From NCBI GenBank assembly GCA_051047955.1, contig JBPGPT010000006.1, forward strand, positions 62,001 to 126,000: a stretch of DNA of 64,000 bases. The letters are read 5' to 3'. Source of the stretch: Cystobasidiomycetes sp. EMM_F5. Taxonomy: Eukaryota. The notes below the pieces were generated by a model. That model did not search any database and had not been told where the DNA came from. It saw only the letters and a list, made by a program, of their open reading frames with translations. Below, piece after piece: positions 26,348 through 38,165 of this stretch; the first letter of the stretch is position 1, and every line of letters begins with the position of its first letter. A program made the translations under genes and the position numbers.

Positions 26348-27751
26348 TCAATACGTTCCAGCTTGAGCCTGTTGACGCTGCTGTTGCTGCCTGTATCCAG
26401 CCTGCGCTTGAGCTTGAGCCTGTGCTTGGACTTGCACCTGTGCCTGTGCTTGTGCTTGCAATGCTTGTATCTGAGCACGTTCTTCGAGTGTGTATTGACC
26501 GTTAGGGTTTGGGTTGCCAACCGTCGGGCCGGACGTAAAGTAGGGGTGCATCAGAGCTTCTTCGCACGTCAAGCGGCGGGAGGGGTCGAATTGAAGTAGT
26601 TTCTCCAGCAGGTCCAGTGCTGTGTAAAAATGCAGGGGTCAGCAGGGTTCGTCTGTGCCTGCAGGCATCACATACCTAGTGGAGCGACCTTGGGAAACAT
26701 TGTTGCAAACGGAATCTTGGGCGTGCGAGGGAACGGCCTTAATTGAACTTCGGGCTGTGTAACGATGGCAAAAATAGACAGATTCGCTGCATCAGTCCTA
26801 CAGAGACTACATAACCCGGTACCAGCAACTCACACTCTCTTGTACAATCCTCCTCAGTGTCGCGTCATCTGGAGTACCGAGTATCCGGAGAATCTGGTTT
26901 AGTTGATCGTTGTTGTCTCTGCCTCTAAACAACGGCACGCCAGAGAGTACTTCCGCCATGATACAACCACACGACCAGACATCAATAGATGTAGAGTAGG
27001 TTCTTGAACCCATCAGGACATCCGGAGCACGATACCACAGAGTGACGACCTCGTTGCTAAACGTATTGACGGGTATTCCAAACGCTCTTGCAAGCCCGAA
27101 ATCTGCCAGTTTCAACTCTCCCCGTTTGTTGATGAGCAGGTTTTGAGGCTTCAAATCGCGATGCAGCACTCGGTTTTCGTGGCAGAATCCGGTGCCTTTC
27201 AGAAGTTGCCACATGAAAGACCGCACTACAGCTGGTTCCAGTACACCGCGGTCACCATGCGTGTCCATGTACTTCTTGAGATCGAGATCCATGTACTCAA
27301 AGACGAGGACTAGTTTGTTTTCGGTGTGGATCACGTCATAGAGTCGGACGATGTTGGGATGCTGTCGGGCGCGCGATAAACCAACCGTTACGGAGTATAG
27401 CAGTTGTATGATAGTGTGAGACGGAAGGCCGTCAGGTCTGTACTGTCCTAGCTTGGCTCGACATCCAGGTACACGCTACCCACCTTGAGCTCCTTCATCA
27501 GACTAATTTCGCGTATAGCTGTACTGGGCGTTCCTTCCTCCGAGTCGAGATGAATCTCCTTGAGTGCTACTATTTCGTTTGTCGTTCTCGACCGTCCCTG
27601 TGAATTCGTGTTTGAATATCGCGACGTTGTTTTGAGTCTCAGTCGTCGCCCAGCCGCCCCCTCTCCCTCGACCCACCTTGTGCACGGTAGCATACGTGCC
27701 CTCGCCCAGCTTCTCGAGAACAATGTACGGTGTCGCTGCCGAGGACGACAT
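26348..27751 (-). CDS. PHO85: Cyclin-dependent kinase Pho85
   Basis: [77 protein letters not shown]. Confidence 0.96.
26365..26462 (-). repeat. Coding Gln-Ala dipeptide and poly-Gln repeat in the Pho85 C-terminus
   Basis: [35 protein letters not shown], encoded by degenerate 6-nt units. Confidence 0.85.
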
Positions 27752-28142
27752 ATTGGCCTACAGAGCCCTGCGGATGTCGTGGAGTCGCCCAACAAAGACG
27801 AGCGCGACGAGCTTGGACGGGGCTATCAGAGGAGCAGCAGCAGTGCAGCCCGATATTTGCAGAACAGATGTGAGCTCAGAAATGGGCAGTCGGGCACCAG
27901 CAAAAATGGGTGTTGGACGTATGGGGGGCTGCTCAGGAGGACAGCAGGGCAGGAGAGTCGATCATCAGCGAGCGGGTCAGCGGGATATCAACCATGGCAA
28001 ATGATGTGTTGGCAGAAGGATATCCGCAGCAATACATTATGTCGCCCGTAATGGCGTCCAACGTGGGCCGTTTAGTCCCAGCAACGGCACCGGAATCCGC
28101 GAAAAAGCTCGACTTGTCCGAGACAGATCTGAATTGACCACG

Positions 28143-30879
28143 ATGGACATTGGTTTGGTGTGACTGACTGCACTGACGCTGACCGCTGACCGCTAAGCTG
28201 ACGAGCTGATACTCCCAAGTTGCAAGTCGTGTCTGGCAATCCAGGACTCCCGGCTGGGTCGGACTATTCGGGGTTCGACCACGGTAATATGACAGTCTCA
28301 AACGCACACACGCTGCCAATCAATCCCGAGTCTGGCTGTACGAGCATGGACAGCGGCATTGGCATTGGCAACGTCGGCGATGCCAGTGTTCGCGACGACC
28401 AAGTGCACCCTAGTACAAGTCAACCTCTACCGTCGCGCAAACCCGCCTCGCTCCAATCTCGCCGGAGCAATACGTCACATCCATCTTCATCCCGTACGAG
28501 CATGTCTCGCGATAATCTGCCTGAGCGTCGCGGTAATCTCGATGATGGGAACGATGATCCATTTCCCTGGATAGCCCAAGATGCTGCTATACAGGCGGGT
28601 AAACTCCAATTGCCGCCAGAACCAATCTCCATATCCTACATGACGACCTCGAAAACGAGCCATTCCGCATTCTCGCAAGCGGCGTCCTGGCAAGGTGTAA
28701 ATAGTATCGTCAAAAGCCGTACGCCAGCAAGCATTCAGCCGACCGGACAGGCAATGTCGAGGATTCCTCTCCCAGACCATACCATGAGACGAACAGGAGA
28801 TAAAACATCGTCGCATCATGCAACGACCGGAACTTTCCTCATCAATCCAGCATCGTCTACCGGTTTCAGCGACCGAAAGCAGCCTGCCGAAACGATTGGA
28901 GACGTTGTTCCCAGCACTGTCTCTCGTCTGCTCGCTCCTCGTTTCAGAACATCACAGCCTCATCCGTCTGCTGGCAACGATACTCTTATCGAAGGCAAAG
29001 GTATCATGAAGCAGGCGGGCACATCGCCACGCGTAATCATCAGCACAGACAATTCTGACAACTTCCGAGATGGTTGCGAAAGACATCCTTCCTTGCGCTA
29101 TACCGGAAACAGCGTAGGTAGCGATTATGCAGCCCATCCGTCGGAAGAAGCACGGCCGGACGTACCATACTGCTGTACCTACAGTCCCGAGAACAGATTG
29201 CTGTACGTCTTTCCGATACGTAAAGCGCTCTGGAGGTGATCCAAATTTTATTCAGGGATATCATCAATGTTATGTATGCAAGAGAGGCTGTCGGCATCCT
29301 TCCTTGGGTTGGCCCGGCAGAGTCGTTAAACTGGGTGCCGAAACGCGTTCTTGATATTGGATGTGGTGTTGATGCATTCTGGATAAGCAAGTACAGCCAA
29401 AAGTTATGGCAGCATGCACCGAAATTCACTGACTGGCGCCTAAATAATCAGGAGAAGCCGCAGAAGTATGGCCAGAGACACGATTTGTGGGTGAGTCTGT
29501 GCTAATCTGTAACTTCGGCGCGTTGTGCTGTCGAGTGATGCATTATCGACAACAGGAATGGATATCGCGCCCATCGATGCGAACCAAACTCCTCCATTCG
29601 CCTCATTCGTCCAAGGAGACTTTCTACAATTTCCATGGCCATTTGAAAGCCATTCTTTCGACTTTGTCCGAATCGCGTTTGTGGGACACGGTGTGTATGA
29701 GAAATCATGGAACGACATCTTTTCGGAAGCCGCTCGAGTACTCGTCCGCGGAGACGGCGGCAGAATTCAATGCATCGACGTCAACGCTTACGACTTGCTA
29801 GAGCCTCAACGACGTAACGATGACACCGCGCTCAACAGTACCGAGCTTCAGGAAGTCTTGCACAAGAAGGCGGAAAGTAAACAGCTACGCAGAACACTCA
29901 AGCGCGTACTGGAGCACAATGGAGTCTGTGTTGAACCAGCAACGATCTTTCCCCTGTCTTTCATGCTCAATTTCGACAAGATGTCGAACAGTAGTAGACC
30001 AGTCGGGCCTCTGACAGAATCGCAACCACCGCCATCAGATTTGACTTCTGACGTCATGCACCGAGGTGAGGATAATGAGCGAGGGACGGACACAAACGTC
30101 CCATACAAGATCCCAGCGCCCACCGTCATCTCAGCTCATGAAATCAACGAACGCGTCCTGCGGCAAGCCAGAGTTGATGCTTTACCCAGGTGTAAGTACC
30201 GCTACCAAAGCTTGCCTTGAACACGCACGTCGTTGACCCGACTACTTCCTTGTAGTCTCGCTTGATACTATTATGGCGGCGAACGCCGCCGGCACATCGT
30301 CGAATAGTCAAAAGGACCAGACAAATCAGAAGCAGGCATATACGACCAGGAAATTTGACACTTTTGAGAAATCGTGAGTTGGCTGTTATGTTATGACGTG
30401 TCTGAATGCAGCTGAGACCAATTGCGCGATCACCTCATATACGCATTCGTGACCCCTTTCTACCAGAATACAACGGGTCAAGCTGGATGCCACACTACAA
30501 ATCGGTCTCGCTCAAGTCATCGCGCAGGAGCTCGACTGGATCTGCGAATTTGACGTTACCGTAGAAAAGCATTTGACAAAGCAGATTGGCGCATTGACGA
30601 ATGCTCGCGCTGCGCTGCCGTCTGCCTCGCTTGAAAGCGTGTATACTGATGGTAAGTGTGCTTCTCAGTCTTACTCTACAATGAGTGACTCATTTCTGCT
30701 TAGACGACGAGAGAGCAAGCAGGGCGTTGGAAATTGATCGAGCTCTCCGTGATAGCAAGAAAGAGCTGGCTCAAGTCAGATCAAGGCTCGGCATCACATC
30801 AACTACCTCGGATACAACATTAGAGCCCGATGCATCCATATCTGCCAACTTCATTGTGAAGACTGGCTGGCGCTCCTGA
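28143..30879 (+). CDS. Class I SAM-dependent methyltransferase-domain protein with disordered N-terminus
   Basis: PKRVLDIGCG (motif I), FVQGDFLQFPWPFESHSFDFVRI, SEAARVL. Start uncertain (ATG 28143 plus a 62-nt intron inferred). Confidence 0.75.
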
Positions 30880-31371
30880 AGTTCGGTGCGCGTATCGGTA
30901 AGTCTCATTAGTCGCTCGTCAGCCAGCTACTATGCTGTGCGTGGGCATGAATGAAGCATAAGCACTCGCGGTAGAGTCATCCGAAATTGTATATTCGATA
31001 TGAACAGTGTTTGAACAATGGAATAATGAAATAGTGCAGACTGCGGAACTGAAACAACAATATAATGAAGGTACTTTTGTGCGTTTGATTATTCGTTTCT
31101 CTACATCAATCTAGATTGAAAGGATTTTCGTAAGAGGGGCGAGAAAGAGTGTGGATCAGAGACATGTCCTGCTGTTTTTGTTTTGTATTTTTGCGTATTT
31201 TGCCGAATGTCTTAGTTTACGAATTGAGCGGGGTCAAGACCAAGAGAGTGTGTGTGCATGCTATATTGACAGCATAGCAAGGGGCGGCAGTAGTACAGTA
31301 AACTCAGGAGCGATGTCGAGAAGCAATCTGTTGTGCATGATCTGCAATGCGGCCTGCAGAGCAAGCAAGAC

Positions 31372-33628
31372 TCAGTATGTGTGGTGCGGAGCTGAATAAG
31401 CAAAGCACTCACTTTGCATAAGCTCATAAGAGCATTCATTAGGATCAATAGTAATAGCATGACCGTCAATGTACATGACGTCAACGTGCGATTGTCCAGA
31501 GCATAGAATGTTTGTCGTTACTCGTGGACCGATACCGTGACTGGGAGGAAGACCTCGTAGGGCATACGAAGAGGTTGCACGGCCGATCTTGCGTCCAGTC
31601 GAACCAGCGCCAGCGACTCGATTGCCAGCGTGACTTGGTATCTGGTAAGCGAGAGGCAGCTGTGCATGCTGTGCTTCATACACTCGCGATAGATAGCCGG
31701 GGCTCGGTGGGACCGAATGAGACGGAGAAGGAGTACCAGATAGAACCGGAGCTGACAGGCGGCGAATGCTGATGCATAACTTCTTGCACTGTGGGGCGCA
31801 CTCAGCAGTGTGGTCGTAAGAAATCGCAATCTCAGCAATGTAGCGAAGATGTTCAGGAGTCAGAGGCGTAACAGGCAGAGAAGAATAATCGAAGGGTACT
31901 TTGAGCGTTCCAGCAGGACTTGTCGAGTCCTTGTCAGACATTGATTGGTTGGCGATGTCGACAGACATCGAGTCGCTTTGATCATCTCCGAAAACGGATG
32001 TAGAGGAAGTCAGCGGCGTGACTGGCATCGACGCTGAATGATCATAATTGTTACGTGTGGTATTCTTGCCAAATAGATTTGCCAAAGACAGGATGCTTTT
32101 GGAAGATCGTAACTGAGGCGTAGCTGGAGCCGGCGTTGAAGCGGTGACGCTGCTGAGTACAGTAGGATTGATGGAATAATGCTGAACATTGCGCGTGGCA
32201 GTCGACGGATGAGCACGCGCAGCCGGTGTAATCAGACCAGCTACCGTAGAAGAACGCGTACGCTTTACAGGCGAGAAGGATCCCGAGGTAGGAGTCCCTA
32301 TCTCTCTTCCGTCATCTACCTCCGTCTGCATATGGGGCTGAAGTGCAGGTGGAGGGACGACTTTGGCCGATGGAAAGCCAGTAGACGGGACAGCAGAAGA
32401 ATGCCTTCCAGCCAATGTGAGAGGGGAAAGCATAGCAGCAGCAATAGACTTTGCGCGAGATGTCACACTTCTAGATGGCGTCTCCTCTGATTTGGTCTGG
32501 AGTGACATGGCGGCCTTGAGAGAGTCTTTAGAGCCAAAGGGTGATGCGGTAGTACCGGTGCTTCTCGAGGCAGCAGCGATACTAGCCATCCCGTTGCTAA
32601 GGTCGCTCAACAGGGTCGTACTAGAAGAAGAACGAGATCTTCCAGACAAAGATGAGGTCTCGGAACTCGCGTTGTCTAATGCCAAAGTAGGCGACCTGTT
32701 TGTTAGAGACCATCGATCAGAATATTTCATGCATCAGGTAAACATGGTGAACGGACGCTGCTGCAGTCTTTGCGCTCATATATCTTGCAATAGGGCAGGT
32801 CGTTGAGGTGATGTGTGTCAAGCAGCTGGTGCTTACTCCGCTTGCAAATTCTGTCAGTGCAGATGTCGAGCGACAGCGGGCTAGTATTTGCGGAGATTGT
32901 ACCGGAGTGAGTGAATGAGGCTCCTGGTTCGAGCTTGCTTGTGTCTCCTGTCCGAGGTCGACATTGTATTCCATGTTAGGAAGATGCGATTCCTTGTCTG
33001 CCATGAATCGTTCGAGACGATACTGAGATGAGCTTGAAGGCCGGCTGTGGCCGTCTTGAGAGAAGGATCTCAGTTCATACGGCGCTCGTAGGCACGGTCT
33101 GCGTCGAACGGGAGAAGTCGGGGGGCTCAGGTTTTTCTCGTCACCGCGAACGTGAAGAGTCGGGGAGAAGGTGACAGAACCACGTCGTTCAGAGAGGAGT
33201 GCCTTACTCTGTATTACAGATCGTTCCTGTAGATGATTGACGTGTGCATGTGCAGGAGGACACGTCGACACGGAAGACTCCAAGCTAGAGCCAGTCTCAA
33301 CGGGCTCAGCATAGAGGACGAACGACGGCCTGCTCCTCGACGAGCGTAGAATGTGAGGAACGACTTGATGCTCTTCTATCTCGCTGACTGCTGAGGCAGG
33401 GTTATTCTCCTCGAATGTTTGGTCTCCGCCACTGTGAGGGTCAGCGCTGTACGCGTCGAGGATCTCATCGACGACGCTTGCAGACGTTACGAGTTGAGTC
33501 GCTAGATGTTGTTGTGGATAGAAAAGATGCAGCTCGTCTCCAGAGCTATTTTTCAAATTTTCAAGAGGCATGACCGCCCTGCCAGTGTCTGACGGCATCG
33601 CGCTCGACCGGCTAAAAAAAAGTGACAT
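31372..33628 (-). CDS. Hypothetical Ser/Pro-rich low-complexity protein
   Basis: Two adjacent long ORFs (303 and 452 aa) on the same strand, probably joined by an intron near 32.7-32.8 kb; 3' end uncertain. Confidence 0.6.
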
Positions 33629-33904
33629 GGATACAGTCCCAATTGTAAGGCCACTTATTAGCGATCATGTATACAGTGCAACATAAGAGGCTCACAGTAA
33701 TGACGTGCTGCTTTATGGTGACCTGAGTTCACAAATGATGCACTTCTTCCTGTTGACGGTGGCGAATTACGGGAACAGGAGCCAGCGAATGTGCAAGGAA
33801 GCGATGAGATATTAGCCTCAGGAATATCAAACGCAAATAGAGTCGTGCATCACAATGCTGCTCACCCTGCGAGTCGTCACCACCAGCCAAAAAATGTCTG
33901 CCAA

Positions 33905-34650
33905 AGACTCCGGCTTGATCCCAGGTGTCTACGTCCGAGAGCGAAGCACTGGGAAATGCCGGATATCGTCAAGCCGAGACCATCGTTTGGCGGGTGAGGA
34001 CTGGTGATGTTGGTCCAAGATGGGTGACACGTTGTAGACGATGGGCGAGAGGGACGAGTGCAGGTCCGCTAGGCAGGTTGCGGATGGACAGTCGCTGTGA
34101 AAAGCCCGGAGACTCCACGCAAATGCACGCCGATGCAAGTCGCCCGAGAATGGGCGACCGCGCCTGCCTGGGTTGTCCGAGCTACCCTTCCGCGCAAAGG
34201 ACTGTAAAGTCAGCAGTTTAGCCTGTCGCACACGGCCAACGCCTCTTTCTCATGTCAGACTGTGGGTTGCTGCACTCTTTCCTACTCGCAGCGGCTGCCG
34301 ACCCGCACTCAAAAACTTGGCACCCCGAAAAGCCGCAGTCAGTTTGTCAGGGCTCGCCCGCTGTTTGACGTATGGCCTCGGAGCGGTCAGCGAAGGCACA
34401 GGAGGTATCAAGCGGAAGCCGTCAGCATCTTCATCTTGGGTGTGGAATTATGCGGGGACACAACGGGAAACGCAGTCGTATGTAGTGCTGAAGGAAGTTG
34501 CATCCCTGGTCTTGAGCGGGGTGTGGTCCTTATCTGCTTTTGCTATGTTGCGTTCGTACATCCTGACAAAAGACCCGCATCGGAATCCGGCGTGCAAGGT
34601 TTTTGCGCTAGAAGACTGCCTCATGTCAGGTTGCGATGCGGGGTTGTGAA
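33905..34650 (+). ncRNA. Candidate large structured non-coding RNA (identity unresolved)
   Basis: No convincing ORF; multiple local and long-range complementary segments (see findings). Confidence 0.35.
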
Positions 34651-35354
34651 TCGTAAATCCATGATGCCGAGTGTACGGTTGCGGAAGACGACATCGACAG
34701 TGAGCCTGCATCCGCGCGAAGCCGTGTGGTCACTACAGATAACAATATCGGCCATCCACTTGATCTACAGCCCTCTCGAAGGGTTGTCTATTCACCAACG
34801 CGCTCCTACCTCGGGCGTGGCCGTTGCAGGAATCGTGGCTCTGGCCGCTGCCCCACTTTACACGTTCACCGTCGCTAAACGACGCTTCAGACCATTGCAT
34901 GTTCGGTTGCAGTTGCAAAGGCAGTTGTCATGCTTCTCAAAGCTGAATGTTGGGCAAATTCGCGAAAGTAACAAGGCCAAGACGTCGAGGCCTTTAACTT
35001 GAGAGTCGCGTGCCAATTGCAACTAGACGATGTTGTGCAACAAATGTAGGAAACGTTTATATTCACGGTCTTGCGAACATTACACACTCAGCCTGGAATC
35101 AAGCCTGCTTCCTTCAATGACGAGGGACAAGATTATTGCAAATCACTTCGGGCGTGCAAATCTATCTGAGACGCTGATGACTTTACGGCCAACGAATCGG
35201 GTCGCTCGTTTGATACGACAATAACAATCCATTCTCGTGTATCGAATTTAGAACGGGTATGACAATTGTCATTGCGTCCGGGCTCTATCGGCTTGCCGTC
35301 TCCCTCTTGCCGTTCATGATTTCGCGGCGTAGAGTGGTTGGCATCCAAACATTC

Positions 35355-36488
35355 ATGAATGTCATCTTGCCGCCCACTCAGTCTGCACTGCGTTGCCTAG
35401 TCCTTGCGCGATGTGCCAGCACAGCACGGCCAATTATTCCAGACTCCGCTGGAGCAAAAGCTCAAGCTCGAGCGGCTCTAATAGCTCGACGAGCAGAACG
35501 AGCCGTTCCAGGAGCGAAAGGTAAGCTGACAAGCCCAGACCCAAGCTGTTAGAACCACGCGCTTATGACGTTATCAACGTCTCCTCATGGCTGTCATGCA
35601 TGTCGTGCCAGTCGGTTCAGAGACAACTGCAGCAAAAAGCCATGGTCCATCAAAAACGGCCGACCCTGCTGTTCAAGCTGAAGATGGCACACACAATACT
35701 TCTGAGCGGACCATCTACACCTTTCATTCCAGCCATATTCCAGACGTCAGGCTTTTGCTCGCTGCGGCGGCCTCCATATTCGCAGTCGTACGTCGACAGC
35801 CCTTCTTCCAGCGAAATGACGGCTCACATACCCATCTTTGCAGATGATCAATTTCGCAGACATTATTCGCAAACCTCCTCCGCTTCCGGTAAATTCAGAG
35901 TGAGTTTGGCGACTCGTAAAATGGCCAACTTCGACGCGCAACTGACATCGCATGACGTGCATTTCTAGTGACGAGCCCATACCCGTTCCATCCGTCTACG
36001 TTAGGTACGGCAAGGCCTCGCTGATGGTCGCGGCAGGAGTGACTGCGCTTGGATATGCCATCATCTGGCCAACACGGGTAATCACTCGCATGACACTGCT
36101 AGCTCCGCCAAACGTGAGATTGCCGCCGAGGTCTCAGTATACAGTCAACGGAAGATCTACGACACCCTACACGCAGTGCAAAGTGCGCCTCGACACGGTC
36201 GCTTCAGATTTCGCAAGGCGTATCTTTAAAGCGCGCATCATCGACTTTACGAGACTAAGACTACTGGGACCGCTTAGTGGTTCGCACAAGCTGTATCACC
36301 CTCAGGATTCGAGTGCCTTTAACATCCCCGGCAAGAGCAGAGGGAGATACCCTACAATAGTACCGATGCAGATCCAAGGGGAGAGGTGGAGCTATAACCT
36401 GAGAAGGATCACGTCCACAATCAACGATCTCGAAGGATTCGAGGAAGCTGTGATACGTAATGCTGAGCTAGACACGCGGAGAAGATAG
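35355..36488 (+). CDS. Hypothetical membrane protein, possibly mitochondrial
   Basis: Arg/Ala-rich presequence-like start, GT-AG introns, two hydrophobic segments (LLLAAAASIFAV; SLMVAAGVTALGYAIIW). Confidence 0.55.
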
Positions 36489-36633
36489 GGTTCTATGCAT
36501 CACCGGGCATCCACAGTTTGTCCTGTGAGGGCGCGAGGATTCAGCATGATCGAGGCTTCTTTACAGTGATCTAGTAGTGCAACAACAGTGACAGTATTAT
36601 CCAACAATCAATCTCACGGCAAAGCAGCACGCA

Positions 36634-37943
36634 TCATCCTCCAATTAATTGGAGCGCAAGTCGCAATTCCTTCTTTGCGGTTTCTATATCTTCGTAGTTC
36701 AAGGCAGAGATGGCCCACTTTGCATGCTTCTGTGCGTTGCCTACAGCTGTCGGGTCCACAGCAGATGGCTTGGGTGCCCACTCCTCCTCTTCCTCCGCTG
36801 GTGCCGGCGCAAAGGGTGGAGGCGGGGCTGAGGAGACATTGGCGGGTCGTCTTGAGGGCTGCTGGACAACCGGAGGAGGGATGAACTTGATTGGCGAATC
36901 GTGTGCTGGAGGTGCAGAAGGAACGCTACCTGATGTGTTGTGATAGTCATCGAAGTCTTCGGGAGCCGAAGGGAGATCATAGGCTGTAGCAGGCGGATCA
37001 GGTAGTGTGTATGTCGCTGCAGTGTCTGTTGGTACTGAGGGCAAGACGTCATCTCCGCCGTGACCATTTGCATTCCAGGCTGCATTATCCAGTTGAGCCG
37101 GCAGAACATCGTTATCAACCACAGCATTGTTCGCATCCGGAAACGTCGACGAGACAGCCGAGTCTGATTCAGTATTCTTGATCGGCCCTTGCGCTGGTCC
37201 GGGTGTAGGCTCGCGACCTTCTCGAAAGGCTTTTGCAATTGATGTAGCCTTCCATTTCGCGTATGTGATCTTTTCGGTGACCTGGAGAGACGGAGGCGAG
37301 TCTCAGACATAGTGCCAGCATAGTTGAGCAGACAACCTACCTCTGTTTCGAGCGGCCCAAAGATGGAGAGCAAGTCAAAAAAGACTGAAGCCGCGAGATA
37401 TTCTTTTGCAGTCATTCTGCGGACGAGGCGTGAATGAAGCATCCTGCATTGTTTGGACAGAACAAACATACCTCGTCGCTTGTCCTGAGCGATCTACCTT
37501 GTCCGCCGCGTCAAACACGCGAGCTGCGAAATTGTATATGTATGCCGAGCCAGCTGCGTCATCTGTTATGAGTTCATTCGTCGACAACGCAGATTTGCTC
37601 TACAGGAATATCAAGAAGGTCAGTGAATGCGTCTCTCGTCTGGTTCTGGTACCATTGCAGCCTCACAGACTCCAAATCGTCCATCAAGGCTTCCAGGTAA
37701 TCACGGCCGTCGGTGTCGCTGGGGATGTTATCGAGCGATAACTGGGCAGCCTTGAATTTGCCTGGCAGTCAGTTGCAGCACATGTAGTATCACGGAGAAG
37801 TGTCACTATTCCCCGCTATCGTCTTGCGTGCCTGCAAGCTCACACCAATATGCAATGACCGGATCCCGAGACTGGAGCTCTTTAGCTCGCGCTACGAACG
37901 GGGCCACCGCTTTAGGCATAGTGGGCGGTAGCGGCCTGTCCAT
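36634..37943 (-). CDS. VTA1: Vps4 activator Vta1 (ESCRT pathway)
   Basis: PFVARAKELQSRDPVIAYW, YIYNFAARVFDAADKVDR, C-terminal VSL motif AQKHAKWAISALNYEDIETAKKELRLAL. Confidence 0.93.
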
Positions 37944-38165
37944 GATGGCAGATTACGTTGACCACTTGAGCCTGAACAGTTGCTGTCTGCAGGAATAGGG
38001 AATTGTAACCCTGCAAGGTGGTCGAGGTAGACAAATGAATGGTACATATTGGAGCCTGTGCAATCGGATTACGCCATGAAGTATGGAATACAACGTCTAG
38101 CACGCAAGCATTATAAGACTGATTCTGACTTTCTTCGTTGGATGCGTCCATATTCCTTCCCTGCT

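Noticed and set aside
34173..35002. Overlapping 158-aa and 246-aa + strand ORFs
   Set aside because: Non-ATG starts, no domain and no coherent exon chain; the region looks more like structured RNA.
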